DNA of 64,000 nt from Trichoplax adhaerens (lineage: Eukaryota; Animalia; Placozoa): the NCBI RefSeq assembly GCF_000150275.1, contig NW_002060960.1:944469-1008468 (forward strand). Direction: 5' to 3'. Below the pieces are notes generated by a model. It ran no database searches and was not told the origin of the DNA. It was given only the letters and a program-made list of their open reading frames with translations. Positions within the stretch are counted from its first letter, which is position 1; each line of letters opens with the position of its first letter. A program made the translations under genes and the position numbers. Shown here piece by piece: positions 52,272 through 64,000 of the stretch.

Positions 52272-55200
52272 GATTGCTGTGAAAATTTCTACCGACTTAA
52301 GTAATGCTCTCTATCCAATTTCAGAAGGCTACCAAATATTTCGCTCTTTACGTGACTTGGTCAGTTTAGAAAATGTTGAATGAAGATTTGATTATATAAT
52401 TATATACCGGCACTTTTATAATCTCTAGCCTAGATATGAATTTTTGACACATATTTTATTTTGCATAAATTATCTCTGTTTGCTGTTAAATAATTACTAT
52501 TGCATACCGATTTCATGTTTTAAGAGAATAAGATTGGTGTAATAATTGGTCATTTCTTTAATGTAAAGGAAATGGGAAAATTTCTATTATCCATTTATTT
52601 ACAAACTAATGTAAATTCCTACATAGTCTTCCGCGTTATAAAGTTATCGTTCATTTCACTGGCAAATAACAAATATATATTTATGAGAAAAAACTTAAGG
52701 TATTACAGAGGTTCATATCCAGATAAATCTTGCATATGCATTAATTTTCAGGCGATTTATTATATCTTATTAGATAAACGAGTCCTCTTGTCTATCTTCT
52801 GTTCGAATCAGCAGTATCTGATGATTTTCAGATATGACGTAGATCATGTTTACTTCGCGCACAGAAGGTATAATAAGTCAACAGGCTTACTCTAAACCAC
52901 TCATGCTAATAGTAAATTTATGGGCAATACGTTGATGATTGATCAAAGGCTTCATACTCTCAGTTTGAATCATACTAAATCAATCTACTCTCAACAAACG
53001 CATTATGTACACATAGCAATATTCTGCCATTGTTAATGGATAATATATGATTTGATAAAGCATATGTACAAATAAAAATTTTCAAAGTAATTCTGAACAT
53101 ATTTGCTGGTAAACATAGGCTATTACGTGAGATAGAAATTGAAGTGACTATCTCATTATAATAATTTGCTAGCATTGAGGCACGATCTTAAACAGTATTT
53201 GTAATAATCTAAATGTATCTACTTTAACCAGTTACGCAAGTGATCTTTTTTTACCAAAATGGCATAGTTGTTGCTTAAGGTGGTGCAATATGAACGTTTA
53301 ACAAATTCTAGCGAAAAGTTTAGGTTTATTAACAAATCAGCTCCTGGAGGGTTGTTACAAGTCTAGTTAAATTACCTCGACTGCTAACAAAACCGTTTAT
53401 ATTGATGAAATTTACTGGTAATCTTACGTTGTAGTATGAGAATTATTAAATGTTAAATTCCAAGAATTGAAGATCAGCGTCAAAAGTTCTTAGAATTTAT
53501 TGGATTTAATGATGTCATTTATCGGTGCTATGAGGTATACGTAATACATATTCATGAACATTTTCTTAGAACTCAGAAGCAATACAGTATATCATTCTAA
53601 GAATTGAAATATGTTTTGATGACTTAGCTATATGTAATGAAATGAAATATGTAGAGATCAAGCTACAAAACTTTAACAAACTTTGATTCTACTTTCGTTG
53701 CACTCCGGTCGACGTAACGTAACTTTCACACAAAATAAAATTTGGGGAAATAATCGAACAACAATTTATTACAAAACAAAAATGGAGAGAAGTATAAACC
53801 GAACAACCGCACAAATACTTAGCTTTAAGTATTAATAAAATAAGTCACAGACTTAAAAACTGTCGACGACCAAACAACATTTCAAAAAGAAGAACGTTTT
53901 AACTTACGACAATTCGTCCCCGAAGGCCTTTTAAATTCAACAAGTTCTTCAAATAAAATTTTCTTCTACTCTCTCTCTAAATTTTCTAATTGCACTATCA
54001 TTTATAGGCTTCGTAGAGCCGTCAGAGGTATTTAAAAACTAAACATTTGCTAACCAATCGCTCTTAAGATCCGTTTTAGAAAACTACTTTGCACCATTTA
54101 AGAAAACCAAAATCTTTCAAAGTTCAGACACAATTTACACTACGATTCCCTTACAAAACACTATAGAACCAACAAGTTAACTATGAAAATACATCAAACT
54201 TCACTTCTAACATAATTTCTATCATTAATGCACTATAAAAGTCTAAAAATTAACCTTTAAATATCAAGATTTAGTCATAAAAATAACATTCTAACTACTT
54301 AACAATTCACAACCTCTGCCAACTTCCACCTTATTTTCTGTTTTCCTCACTAAATTTTCCTAATGTGACTTTCATTTACCCTTTCATGTCACGTCATAAA
54401 ATTCCAAAGTTTCAAATTCATAACAAATAGTTCAAATTTCAAAAATAAACTCTTATGATATTTTCCATGAACAGAAATCCAAAAATTAAAACATGAAAAT
54501 TATATCGGACATAAATCCGATCGGTTCCGGAATCCGAAAAAAAATCCGGATTTTATAAAGATCACAGTAATTGCTATATCGCTTATCAAAAAATTGTAAA
54601 TGACTATTACGACTACTTTTCAGACATTAGTATCGCTGAGTATTGACAGTTGATGTTTTAGCGACAGACTGTACGCTAACTGTACGATTATAGACTACAT
54701 TACAGTACTTTACTGTCATGTTATAAATCCCTTTTCTCTAAGGATAGGGTTTTGTTACTAAGTCAAATTCCTTTACAATTTGAATAGACGATCAAACGTC
54801 CTTTCTTTAGATTAGGCAATTGCTCTAGGGCTATTTCTATAGTAATGTATATATAATACCTTGTAAAATAATGAAGAAGAAGAGATGGCGACATGATGAT
54901 TTGGCAGGGTAAAACTTAAAGACACTATCACTTTCTAGGTATTTTCTAAAGTAAAATAATACTAGTTACATACTAAAAGCTATAAAGGGCTCTACTTTTA
55001 GTCCTTTACTACATATAATTTGCATTGCTAAATAATATTATACTGAACACCCTTAAAAATTTTAAATACTAAATGGTATAATCTAGTCCCAAAATCTGAA
55101 AATTTCCTATTTGGGCATAATCAACCCAGATATATAACCGACCATCTTGCAAAAGGCAAAGCTGAAACATATGGATTATATACGAAATGATCATTGGTTT

Positions 55201-58200
55201 ATACAAGATCGAAATTTGCTAGTAGAAATGTTGCATACGAAAAGTATGTGTTTTAGATCTATAAAATCGTTCTAGTCTATTGATGTACCCATTAAAATAT
55301 TTTTAACTTCGAACTATCTTATCAAGCATCTTTAATATGTTAAGCGAAAATTATGATTTTATATTCCATTGATCACATTTAAGCAATACACAGTTTGTAT
55401 CTACGAATCAGCGTAATATTTATTAGCTAAATTTCACAGTTGATGATAATCGGTAAGATAAATTTCATTGTAAGTTACGGAAAAAAATTAAAAACTACTG
55501 CTACAATTAGATGAGATCTTTACAGCTAGTTTTATACTTGATTAGAAGGTACCTTCCTCCATCATGGCTTTCGTGATCTTGAAATGGTTGTTACGCATTT
55601 GTGAAGCTCTCCAGATATCTGATAGTCGTCTGAAGACAGCTTTATTTCTACTTATTTATCTACTAAAAGCGCTTACTGACTATTAATTAAATTTTATTTA
55701 TTCTAGTCTAATCTCAACTGAACTGACATGCTTGTGTTTAATAATCTAGACAAATATTCGGTCATATGAATAGGAATGCTTATGAGTGCTAATTATATTC
55801 TTTTTACGAGCCTATTACAATCTCAAGATTTTCAAAGTTTCTTGCATTGTATACGAAATATTAATATTTGATTTTGATATTTTTTACCAAACATTAGAAA
55901 CTTTATCAACATGCTGCAGTTAAAGCGTTCATTATTATTCCGGTACTAGACATAAATTATATTTCGCACCCTTTTTACCGTAAATACCGTGTACAGGTTC
56001 GGTAATTTCAGCAACTATCATCTAGAAATTTTAACTGATTTAGGTAATAACATGTTTTTATAAAATGTACTGGCTATTTAAAGTAAAGCACTATGACGTA
56101 GAATAGTTGCTATGCTTAATAAAGTAATATTAGATAATTGCTGTTATGATAAATCGATATACTTTGATGGCTCAAATTTTAAGTTTCCAAATTGTGAAGC
56201 TATCGAGATTAAGAACATATTCACTACAACAGTATATTATACAATTCGCTTTAGCCGTATTGGCTAAAATATTCCAGTAATTATTCAGGGTTTCATAGAT
56301 ACAGTAAATGGCTCATGAATACTTCTGTTATAAGTTTATTAATTATAATGAAAGTGCTACTAGATGAAATTCCTGAGCCAGGAACTTGAAATCTTCTTAC
56401 TGTAAGGTACTTTGCAACTGGCATTTATTAGACTATACTGTATCCCTTCATTATAAGTCTAATTTGCTTGAATTGGAAGTTTAAACTTGTTGCTCGTAAA
56501 CGCATATATTTTCTAACTGTAATCCTTTACATTTAAATAGTTATGAAATTGGCACTAACCAAACACCATATGATTCATGTACTATCTGCAACAGAATGAC
56601 AACATTAACGTTGAATATCATGGAAAATCACTATCAGGATTCTCCCTACGGTCTCTTTAGAAACTTTAGCCAAAGCCTTCACAGAAATCTGAACAGTCTT
56701 GCAGTTGAATTGATAAATACATTTATAGAGAAGTAACGTTAAGTCACTTTAACGCTAACACTGAGATTGCTAAAGAGTAATAATCAAATGAGCATATCAT
56801 GATAAGATCAATCAGTAGGTGCGATGTGTTGCATATTACTATGTAGAGTTAATGCTAACAACCGTATTGAAAGCTCGTGCTACTCTCAATTAGTGTGGAG
56901 ACAAGGATTTGAACACGAAGTTGAAGTTATTGTAAAACTAACTACTAACTTTAACTCTCTCTTTGTATTAAAAGAATTGTGGCTTATATACCTGGGCCGT
57001 TCACACTTATAAAGCAATGTGATCGCAAGTTTGTGTAACAGTAGATTCACTAGTGCACGCAGCACAATCCATGATTAACACTTAGAATTAATAAGTGCAA
57101 AATATCACATTTGTATAATACTATAAATAATTAATAAATGTGTTAATGCTATATATAGAAATATATCGTATTAAATGTATAATTTAATAAATATAGCGTA
57201 GCATCGTAGATAATACGATGTATTTAGTATTACTGATTTGAACTATAAAATTGAATCTGATTCAATATCAGTATCCTTTTATACGATATGTTTCAACTAC
57301 TGCACTTTTAGGACGATAAAAAATGTAATAATTATTAAACCGGTAAAAAATATTCAGTATCATTGATGAAGTTAACATTGCCAATATAGCTAATTTTGAT
57401 AATTAAAAATTGGCTACACTTGCTTATTCTTAAATTAGTAAGAAGTGATGAAAAACTTATTCTTGGCCAATCAGATTATTAAATGTTCGATGTTCAAGAT
57501 ATTAACAGAAAAAAACTGTACAATGTGACGTATTCGATAGATAAATTGTCATTATAAAGCTTGATGCTGATTTTATTTAAGAAATTACAACCGATATTGT
57601 CTTTGCAGAAATTAACTGGCTTCTCGTGTAGCCTCATCAGCACAAGGCCATGAAAAACATCATGTCAATAGGTTGTTAACCATTCGTATAACTGGTCTAT
57701 TAGCTGTGCACGTGTCGCTGTTGTGGTATTCCGCAGGGAATATGAATAAATACACAAATGAAGCGGAGGACTAGTAGTGAGTCAAAGTCTTGAAATTTTA
57801 TTGCCAGATCATACGTCAGATAGAGCATATTGAAATTCTTTAGTTGACTTGACTGGTGCAATCTACATTAAAGTTTATCATCAAAAGTTTAAATTTAATT
57901 GTAGGAAAAATAATTGTTACTACTTTATCTAAATCTTTAAGGTTAATATGAAATATCCTGACAAAGAATGTATTGACTACGAATAAATCTGCGAGGATTC
58001 ACTTAAATGGTTCAATCTAAGTGCTAAATAGACGAAATATATTTACAGATTACAACATATTCCTGCAATAAATAAGGCTATTGATCTTAAGATTAAGTTC
58101 ACGGAACGTAAACACCGTTTACTATAATGTGCGAGTACGACTGTAATTTTAACTCCTATTCAACAGGTTTACCAAAACGCTCCGCAGCTTCGCCACACCC

Positions 58201-60540
58201 AAAAATTTAAATATTATGATAAATTATTGAGTCTACGGATGAATCATAGGAATGATTGCAGTTGTAGCATTGGCCGTGACCAATCTTTAAGGACAAAATC
58301 ATTCTTAGGAATGGCCGTAACATATATGCTACTGTAAGGCAAGTGTACGAGTACACTGATAATAGCGATCTTGGCCTAGACTGTAACTTGATTATTGAGG
58401 GAGAGAAGAAGGATCTGTGAAAGTGGGCGATTAGTTGTTTTCTAGCAGAATTTTAATAGAATTCGTAGAATTTACGATGCATATTTTTTAACATTATGGT
58501 AATGGCTAAATTTTTGTAAAGGAATACATGTAGTGGGTATAAAAATGCATCTATTTCGCTTAAAGTTCAAACTAGTGAAAGTAGCATAATATAAAATTAT
58601 GCTACTTTGAAATAACGTACAATAATTCGAACTGTAAGATTAAACGCTTATAAAACTGTTATACGTAACTGCCAAAAATTAATCATCCTTTCTTCATACT
58701 GTTTTATACACGTACAGAATAATTTAATTGCATTGTATGATATGCAAATGAGCGGCTCAATAAAGTACATAAAAACTACCCGTTTGTTACTTAGGCCAAT
58801 AAAAGAGAGGAAAATAATGAAGAAGATGATTTGAACGTAAAACTATGGCGGCCTCTTGGGATTACTTTTCAATTGTATGATGTAACCGTGGCCAATCTTA
58901 CAACCACGAAAACGGCAATCCATCAAGATTAAGCAACCTATTCTAGCAATTTCGCCGTTGGAGTCGTGTTTGAGTCAAGCTAAAGACCATACTTATTGCA
59001 TCCTTACTTCATGATTTATGTTTCTGAAGATGAATTAATGTCATTGCCTTAAGTAAACTTACGACCTTTAACTAAAGAATATTTATTCAGAGGTTATTCA
59101 GAGGTTATCTCCAAGAATAGTTGTACGAATTTAGGTAGCATTAATTCCTTTACAGAACGAAAATTAAATTTATTCTTCGCTTTTTGTACTGTAGTTTAGA
59201 ATTTTATTAAAGATAAACTTAGATAATCGATTAATTATGGATTTTTCAGGGCAATTTAGCGATATCTACTGTATCGATAGATTATAGAAATTAAAATATA
59301 GATATACTAATGGAATTTTCTATCCTAAATTCATCACTATGTTAACTATATCTAGAATCTGTACTGCACGACATCTCTCTGATGCAAGCCGACGTATCTG
59401 CTCTAGTACGAATTTTTCTGGTGCAAAATTCTACAGTTTTTAAATTTATTCTAAGCACTTTGATTGACGGAACGAAAAATTTTCCTCTTTAAAGTCAATG
59501 AACAGACGGTATTTGCACTGGGATACTCATGTAAGTAAATGTTTTCGTAAATTGTATTTGATTTAAACCCGCTAATCACTGTTATTACATTAAGATAAAC
59601 TTTTTATAGTCGCTGGGCAACAATTATATAGTAATCTTACTTCCGAACGATATCATATGTTGTGATATTAGCTAGTTCAGACTGTAAAATTAATGTCTGT
59701 TTACTTGCTTGCTGTGTACATCTTTACCAATCTGTATAAAGTTATACTGATTTCGGTTATGATATTTAATAGTAAGAATCAAGTTATAAAGCTGGTCTTG
59801 TATGTGAATTTATAAGAGATAGGATACCATGACTACCTTTTATTCCACTTTTAGCAGTAAATAATTACTTTTAGTCTTGGTTTAAATACGATACTTCTAC
59901 TGATTTAATTAATATACCTAAGAAAGGTATCGCATAAGCAATCTAAATTATTCTATTTTTCTTTATTTGAAAACGTTCCGATTTAATTAATACCGTGTCT
60001 CATAGCATCATTTATTTTAACATAAATATATATTTACGACTTTTCTACTAATTGGATAAGACGAAAATAAATTAGTTATCATTCTAAACTCTAACATTCG
60101 AAAATGTAGTTATTCCCAGTCAGTCTATCAGAAGATCTTTCCCCTTAGCAATCAAGTACTATAAAATTATAGAGACCGATATATTTAAGGTCATCTTTAT
60201 AGGCAAATTAATGGTTTCTGAATGATAATTACTCTTCCAATGAACCGATTTCTTCTCATGAAAATAATTAATTCAAGGGAAGTAGAATGTGCGCCCGTTA
60301 CCTTATTCAACGCTCATTTTCCTATAGGGATATTGCATAGTAATTGCGTTTAAGATTTATAGCTTCTACATTCGACTTACAGCTGCTATGCTTTAATCAC
60401 TTCTTCTACGTACGATATTTCGATGTATATAACTCTTTAACATTAGATTAACACTACTTGTATAATAAACTGCGTTACCTGTTTATTCAGTTCAGTAGAC
60501 TATGAACTATAAGAAAAGAGAAAATATTTCCGAAACTAGA

Positions 60541-63531
60541 ATGAAAGCTATTTTGACTACACTAATTCTGGTTATTGGTCTATTTCATGAATGTTCCTCA
60601 CTCGCTCTAATAGACAATAAACTTCCCCATCATATTTCCTCAACTTACGATCTTATGATTAATGGTTTAGAAAGTCTACTCCAGTTCTATAAAAGAAATT
60701 TCAAGGAAATAACTGTAGACGGATATATTGGACTACTGAAAGCTAAGGGTAAGTCATTGTGCTACGGTTTCACTACAGAATTGTGTAGAGCTTTCCTTAA
60801 AGAAAAAATGACTAATTAAATTCGAAATAACGAATAAAAATACACGTATACCTGTATCATGCAAATTAGAGATGGAAATCGAACAGCTACTCTAGCCTGT
60901 AGCTAAGAAATAGTTTATTTCATAAAACCGCTGCAAAACTACCTATAATAGAGCATTTACTATCCAAGTTCTTTAATATTGACGTTGAATAACTTCGAAT
61001 ATTCTGAACCGTAATCACAATCCATTATAGATAACTGAAAATCTACCCTTGAGTCTTTTGTAAAAAATAAGTTGCACTAGTTTACATCACATCTCATTGA
61101 TCTAGAATTAATCCTAATGTAAAAAATCAAGGAATGATGGTATCAAGTATTGCAATTAATGCCTTTTAAATCTAGTGTTAGTAATATTGGCCTTTGACTT
61201 ACTAGAAAGACTCAATTGAAGATTAATGAAGAAAGCTAGCTAAAATTGAAATGAAAAAGAATTACTTGCGCAACAAACTTTACCCTAACGTATTGAAAAT
61301 ATTCATTAGAGCCTTTGGAGTGTCTAAGATTAGGGTCAAGTGACCCGCACTTTTATAGCAAGCAGTAGCAATGTTCAAAATTGTTTGTAAATATTTGAAA
61401 TCTAATTTTAATTTGATTTTATCTAAGCGTTTTCAAATCTTACGTAACTTATGTAAAATATTAAATTTAATAAAATTAATTCGCGTCAGCTAGTAACCAA
61501 TTATAGCTTGGTGATGATACCAAAATCAGTAAATAAATTCATTCTTTTATCTCATATCAAGATAAAGAAGCTAATATTTTATTAATTATCAGTTATATAT
61601 CCTACCAAAATTACATTTACAAGTTGAAAATGAAGTAAACTTTAGTTTCTAATTCTAAAACTGACTTGGAATAGCTTAAAACATTTAATATTTATTTCTT
61701 AATAAAGAATATTTAGGAGCAACGGTTGAGAATATTGACAAAGGTTTATCCCCATTAAGTACTCAGCAAGCTAATCAAGTAAAGCAAATTTTCGAAAACT
61801 GTAGCGTGTTGCTAATTCATATAGAGGCAGTCTTGGTCAATAGTAGTTCTTCCAAGCAGTATGATTTATTTAAAATGGTCCATACTCCGCATCCAATCCC
61901 GAATCAGTTGATTAGTCTAAGACTTTCGAATGTACACTCCGGTGCCTTAGATAAGGATTCAACGGCCGGCGTTAAATTTGCTAATATTTCCGATATGTGC
62001 CTAATGGACATAATCGGCACGAGAAAGCGTCACCAACCTGCGTGTACATTTAGCGGTAAATAACTTAAGGAAACCTGTTACTGTCTCAGTTCGAGTAGAT
62101 TTATAAGTAGTTTTAACAAGAGGATAGCGTAAATTGATCCGTTTAATGCTATTGATATAAGATGATGATTATAACAAGATATTGAAGTGCATAACTAAGT
62201 TGCCGTCCAGGTAATTTTTAGATTTTTATTTTTGTCTAGATATCTGCTGGAAAGGTATTACAAACTATCATGCGAGGAACTTTGATATCATTCATCAGTT
62301 ATTCGCCATATTTGTTGGTCAAAAGTTGAATTGTACGAACAAAATGAACGTGCTTGCCCAAAAATTAGGAGGAATAGAAAATGTAAAAGCTGCGTTATGC
62401 AGCCGAATTTATCGTCAAATGTATACTAACCTCAATAATGCACTTAACAAGATGCAATCTTGGGAACTATTCTTAGCACAAATTTACATATGTGGCGGTC
62501 CTGCTGGCTTTCAAAAGTTTGTTGATGCTCAGTTTCTATCAGCCATTCTACATTGGCAAAGCAATACAGGATGTCTTAAGTCAAGTCATAGCATTTTTAG
62601 CAGTTTAGGTTCTGAATTACTTCCACAGTAAGTAGTATTGCTCAATTAGTTAAGAAATTAAATTCATATTGCATGTGACACAGAAAATAATCAGAAATAT
62701 CGGTCAGATTATGTAGCTGCTTCTCAATTTAGTTATATTATTTAACTTTTAAATTCGTTCATTAATTGGTAGAAATACACTCGTTACATCATCAGACCAT
62801 CCTATAGGTGGGATAGATAAAGGTAAGCTTAACGTTTTAGCCTATTTGTATTGGAGAAAATGGTAGTTATACGTATATTTTACGATTCGATAGTTTTCTT
62901 TAGCTAGACTGCTCCAATATCTTAACACAATCCAATCAATTTTTTGCATTTGGATCAAATTATATATATATAGATATATCTTGTAGTTGATACCGTAATG
63001 GAAATCGTTAGTAAGTACTAAAATAGATTTAAGTAACGACAATCGTGCAATATCATCATGCAATCTTAGCAGCATAATATCTGATGAATAAAACTGTATC
63101 TTGATTTCTTACCATAACTGTTCCTCACTTCGAAGTTTCTTTGCATTAGCAGCTTCGTAATTTATAATTCGTAACAGTAATAGTCATTTTCTGAGACTGT
63201 AGTAGTTTTAAATCATTTACTGTTTTATTGCTTTTAAGCCTGTTATAGTCGTCGTTCTGCTGCAGCTACAAGTGTTCTATCAATGTACTTACATTGGTTC
63301 TCCAGTAAAAAAGAAATCTTTATTTTACCAACTCCAACGAATTCTACAGCAGCTAATAGAATGGAATCAAATGAATTTCTTACTATTATTGGACTTATCG
63401 CTATTGGCGCAGCTCTTATTGCTGCCTTTTTATCAATTTCTGTAGTGTATTGTATTTGTCCTCTTGGCCGCAAAGGTCATGAATATCAGAAATTACAATC
63501 GAAAGAGCCGAGCAAGAATGCTGACGAATAA
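60541..63531 (+). CDS. C16orf89: UPF0764/DUF4735 (C16orf89-family) protein with signal peptide and C-terminal TM (~425 aa)
   Basis: Exons 60541-60748, 61717-62055, 62240-62627, 62773-62822, 63239-63531. Family-like motifs recognised from memory: EITVDGYIGL, SDMCLMDIIGT...C..SDICW, IIHQLF, LFLAQIYICG..GF...LSAILHWQ..GCL, CYSRRSAAATSVL. There is an alternative upstream in-frame ATG at 60502. Confidence 0.82.
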
Positions 63532-64000
63532 TAATGAGGCCTATTTTAATTCCCGTGTTGTTCGGATACTAATTTAGGCCAGCATATTTCAGCCAGCGTA
63601 AACCAATCTTTTGACGATTTTAAAGCCACTATAGTCTAAGTCATTGGCAATATCGCTGTGCCATATAATTTCGAGTCATTAGAAATCATACTGATTATAG
63701 CGTCGATACTTTTATAAACTCATAAATTATTAACTTACGAAGATACATGTTGAAAATTGTTATTATGATGTAATATATGTACATTTACAAACTACAGTAA
63801 ATTTTCTCTTCATACTTTGGTAAAACAAAATAAAACCTCAGCTTAAGCGATAAGATCAATTTCCTTTCTGAACGTATAGATAACCTAAGATGAAGCAAAT
63901 CTATTCAATAAAAGTTGCAGACATTTTCGTAACCATATGCATGGAATGTATCGCGTTTGGCATTTGATAATTAAAATTCAAGAACATCAATAGGCTGTTA

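Noticed and set aside
52147-52895. Plus-strand ORFs 52147-52383 and 52572-52895
   Set aside because: The first is antisense to the aGPCR signal-peptide exon. Neither has motifs or splice support.
54860-54945. AG/GT-bounded minus-strand segment as the aGPCR first coding exon
   Set aside because: A better signal-peptide exon in the correct phase exists at 52271-52221. This segment is at most a 5' UTR exon and cannot be supported further.
54600-60450. Long intergenic region searched for genes, RNA genes and repeats
   Set aside because: No convincing exon chain, tRNA/rRNA or repeat was found by eye. Only trivial short duplications such as ttattcagagg x2 near 59083.

Overview
AT-rich, intron-dense eukaryotic (animal) genomic DNA with short introns. 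Its composition and gene content suggest an early-branching metazoan such as the placozoan Trichoplax; that is inference only. I built all gene models by hand from GT-AG junctions and frame continuity. The window contains: (1) a head-to-tail array of at least four ornithine-decarboxylase (ODC)-fold genes (one partial, three complete with 17 coding exons). All three complete copies have lost the acidic residues that bind the ornithine side chain, and one has lost the PLP Schiff-base lysine while keeping an intact ORF. (2) Two paralogous single-pass receptors with signal peptide, Cys-rich pro-region, basic cleavage site, optional SRCR, degenerate MAM and TM, but unrelated tails, plus a scrambled relic of a third copy next to a long inverted repeat and an assembly gap. 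(3) A minus-strand adhesion GPCR (CUB-Ig-mucin-HRM-GAIN/GPS-7TM). (4) A DUF4735/C16orf89-family gene with an extra C-terminal membrane anchor. There is also a ~105-bp minisatellite and several local duplications. The best candidate for an undescribed system is the ODC-like array: probable neutral-amino-acid decarboxylases plus a catalytically dead partner.
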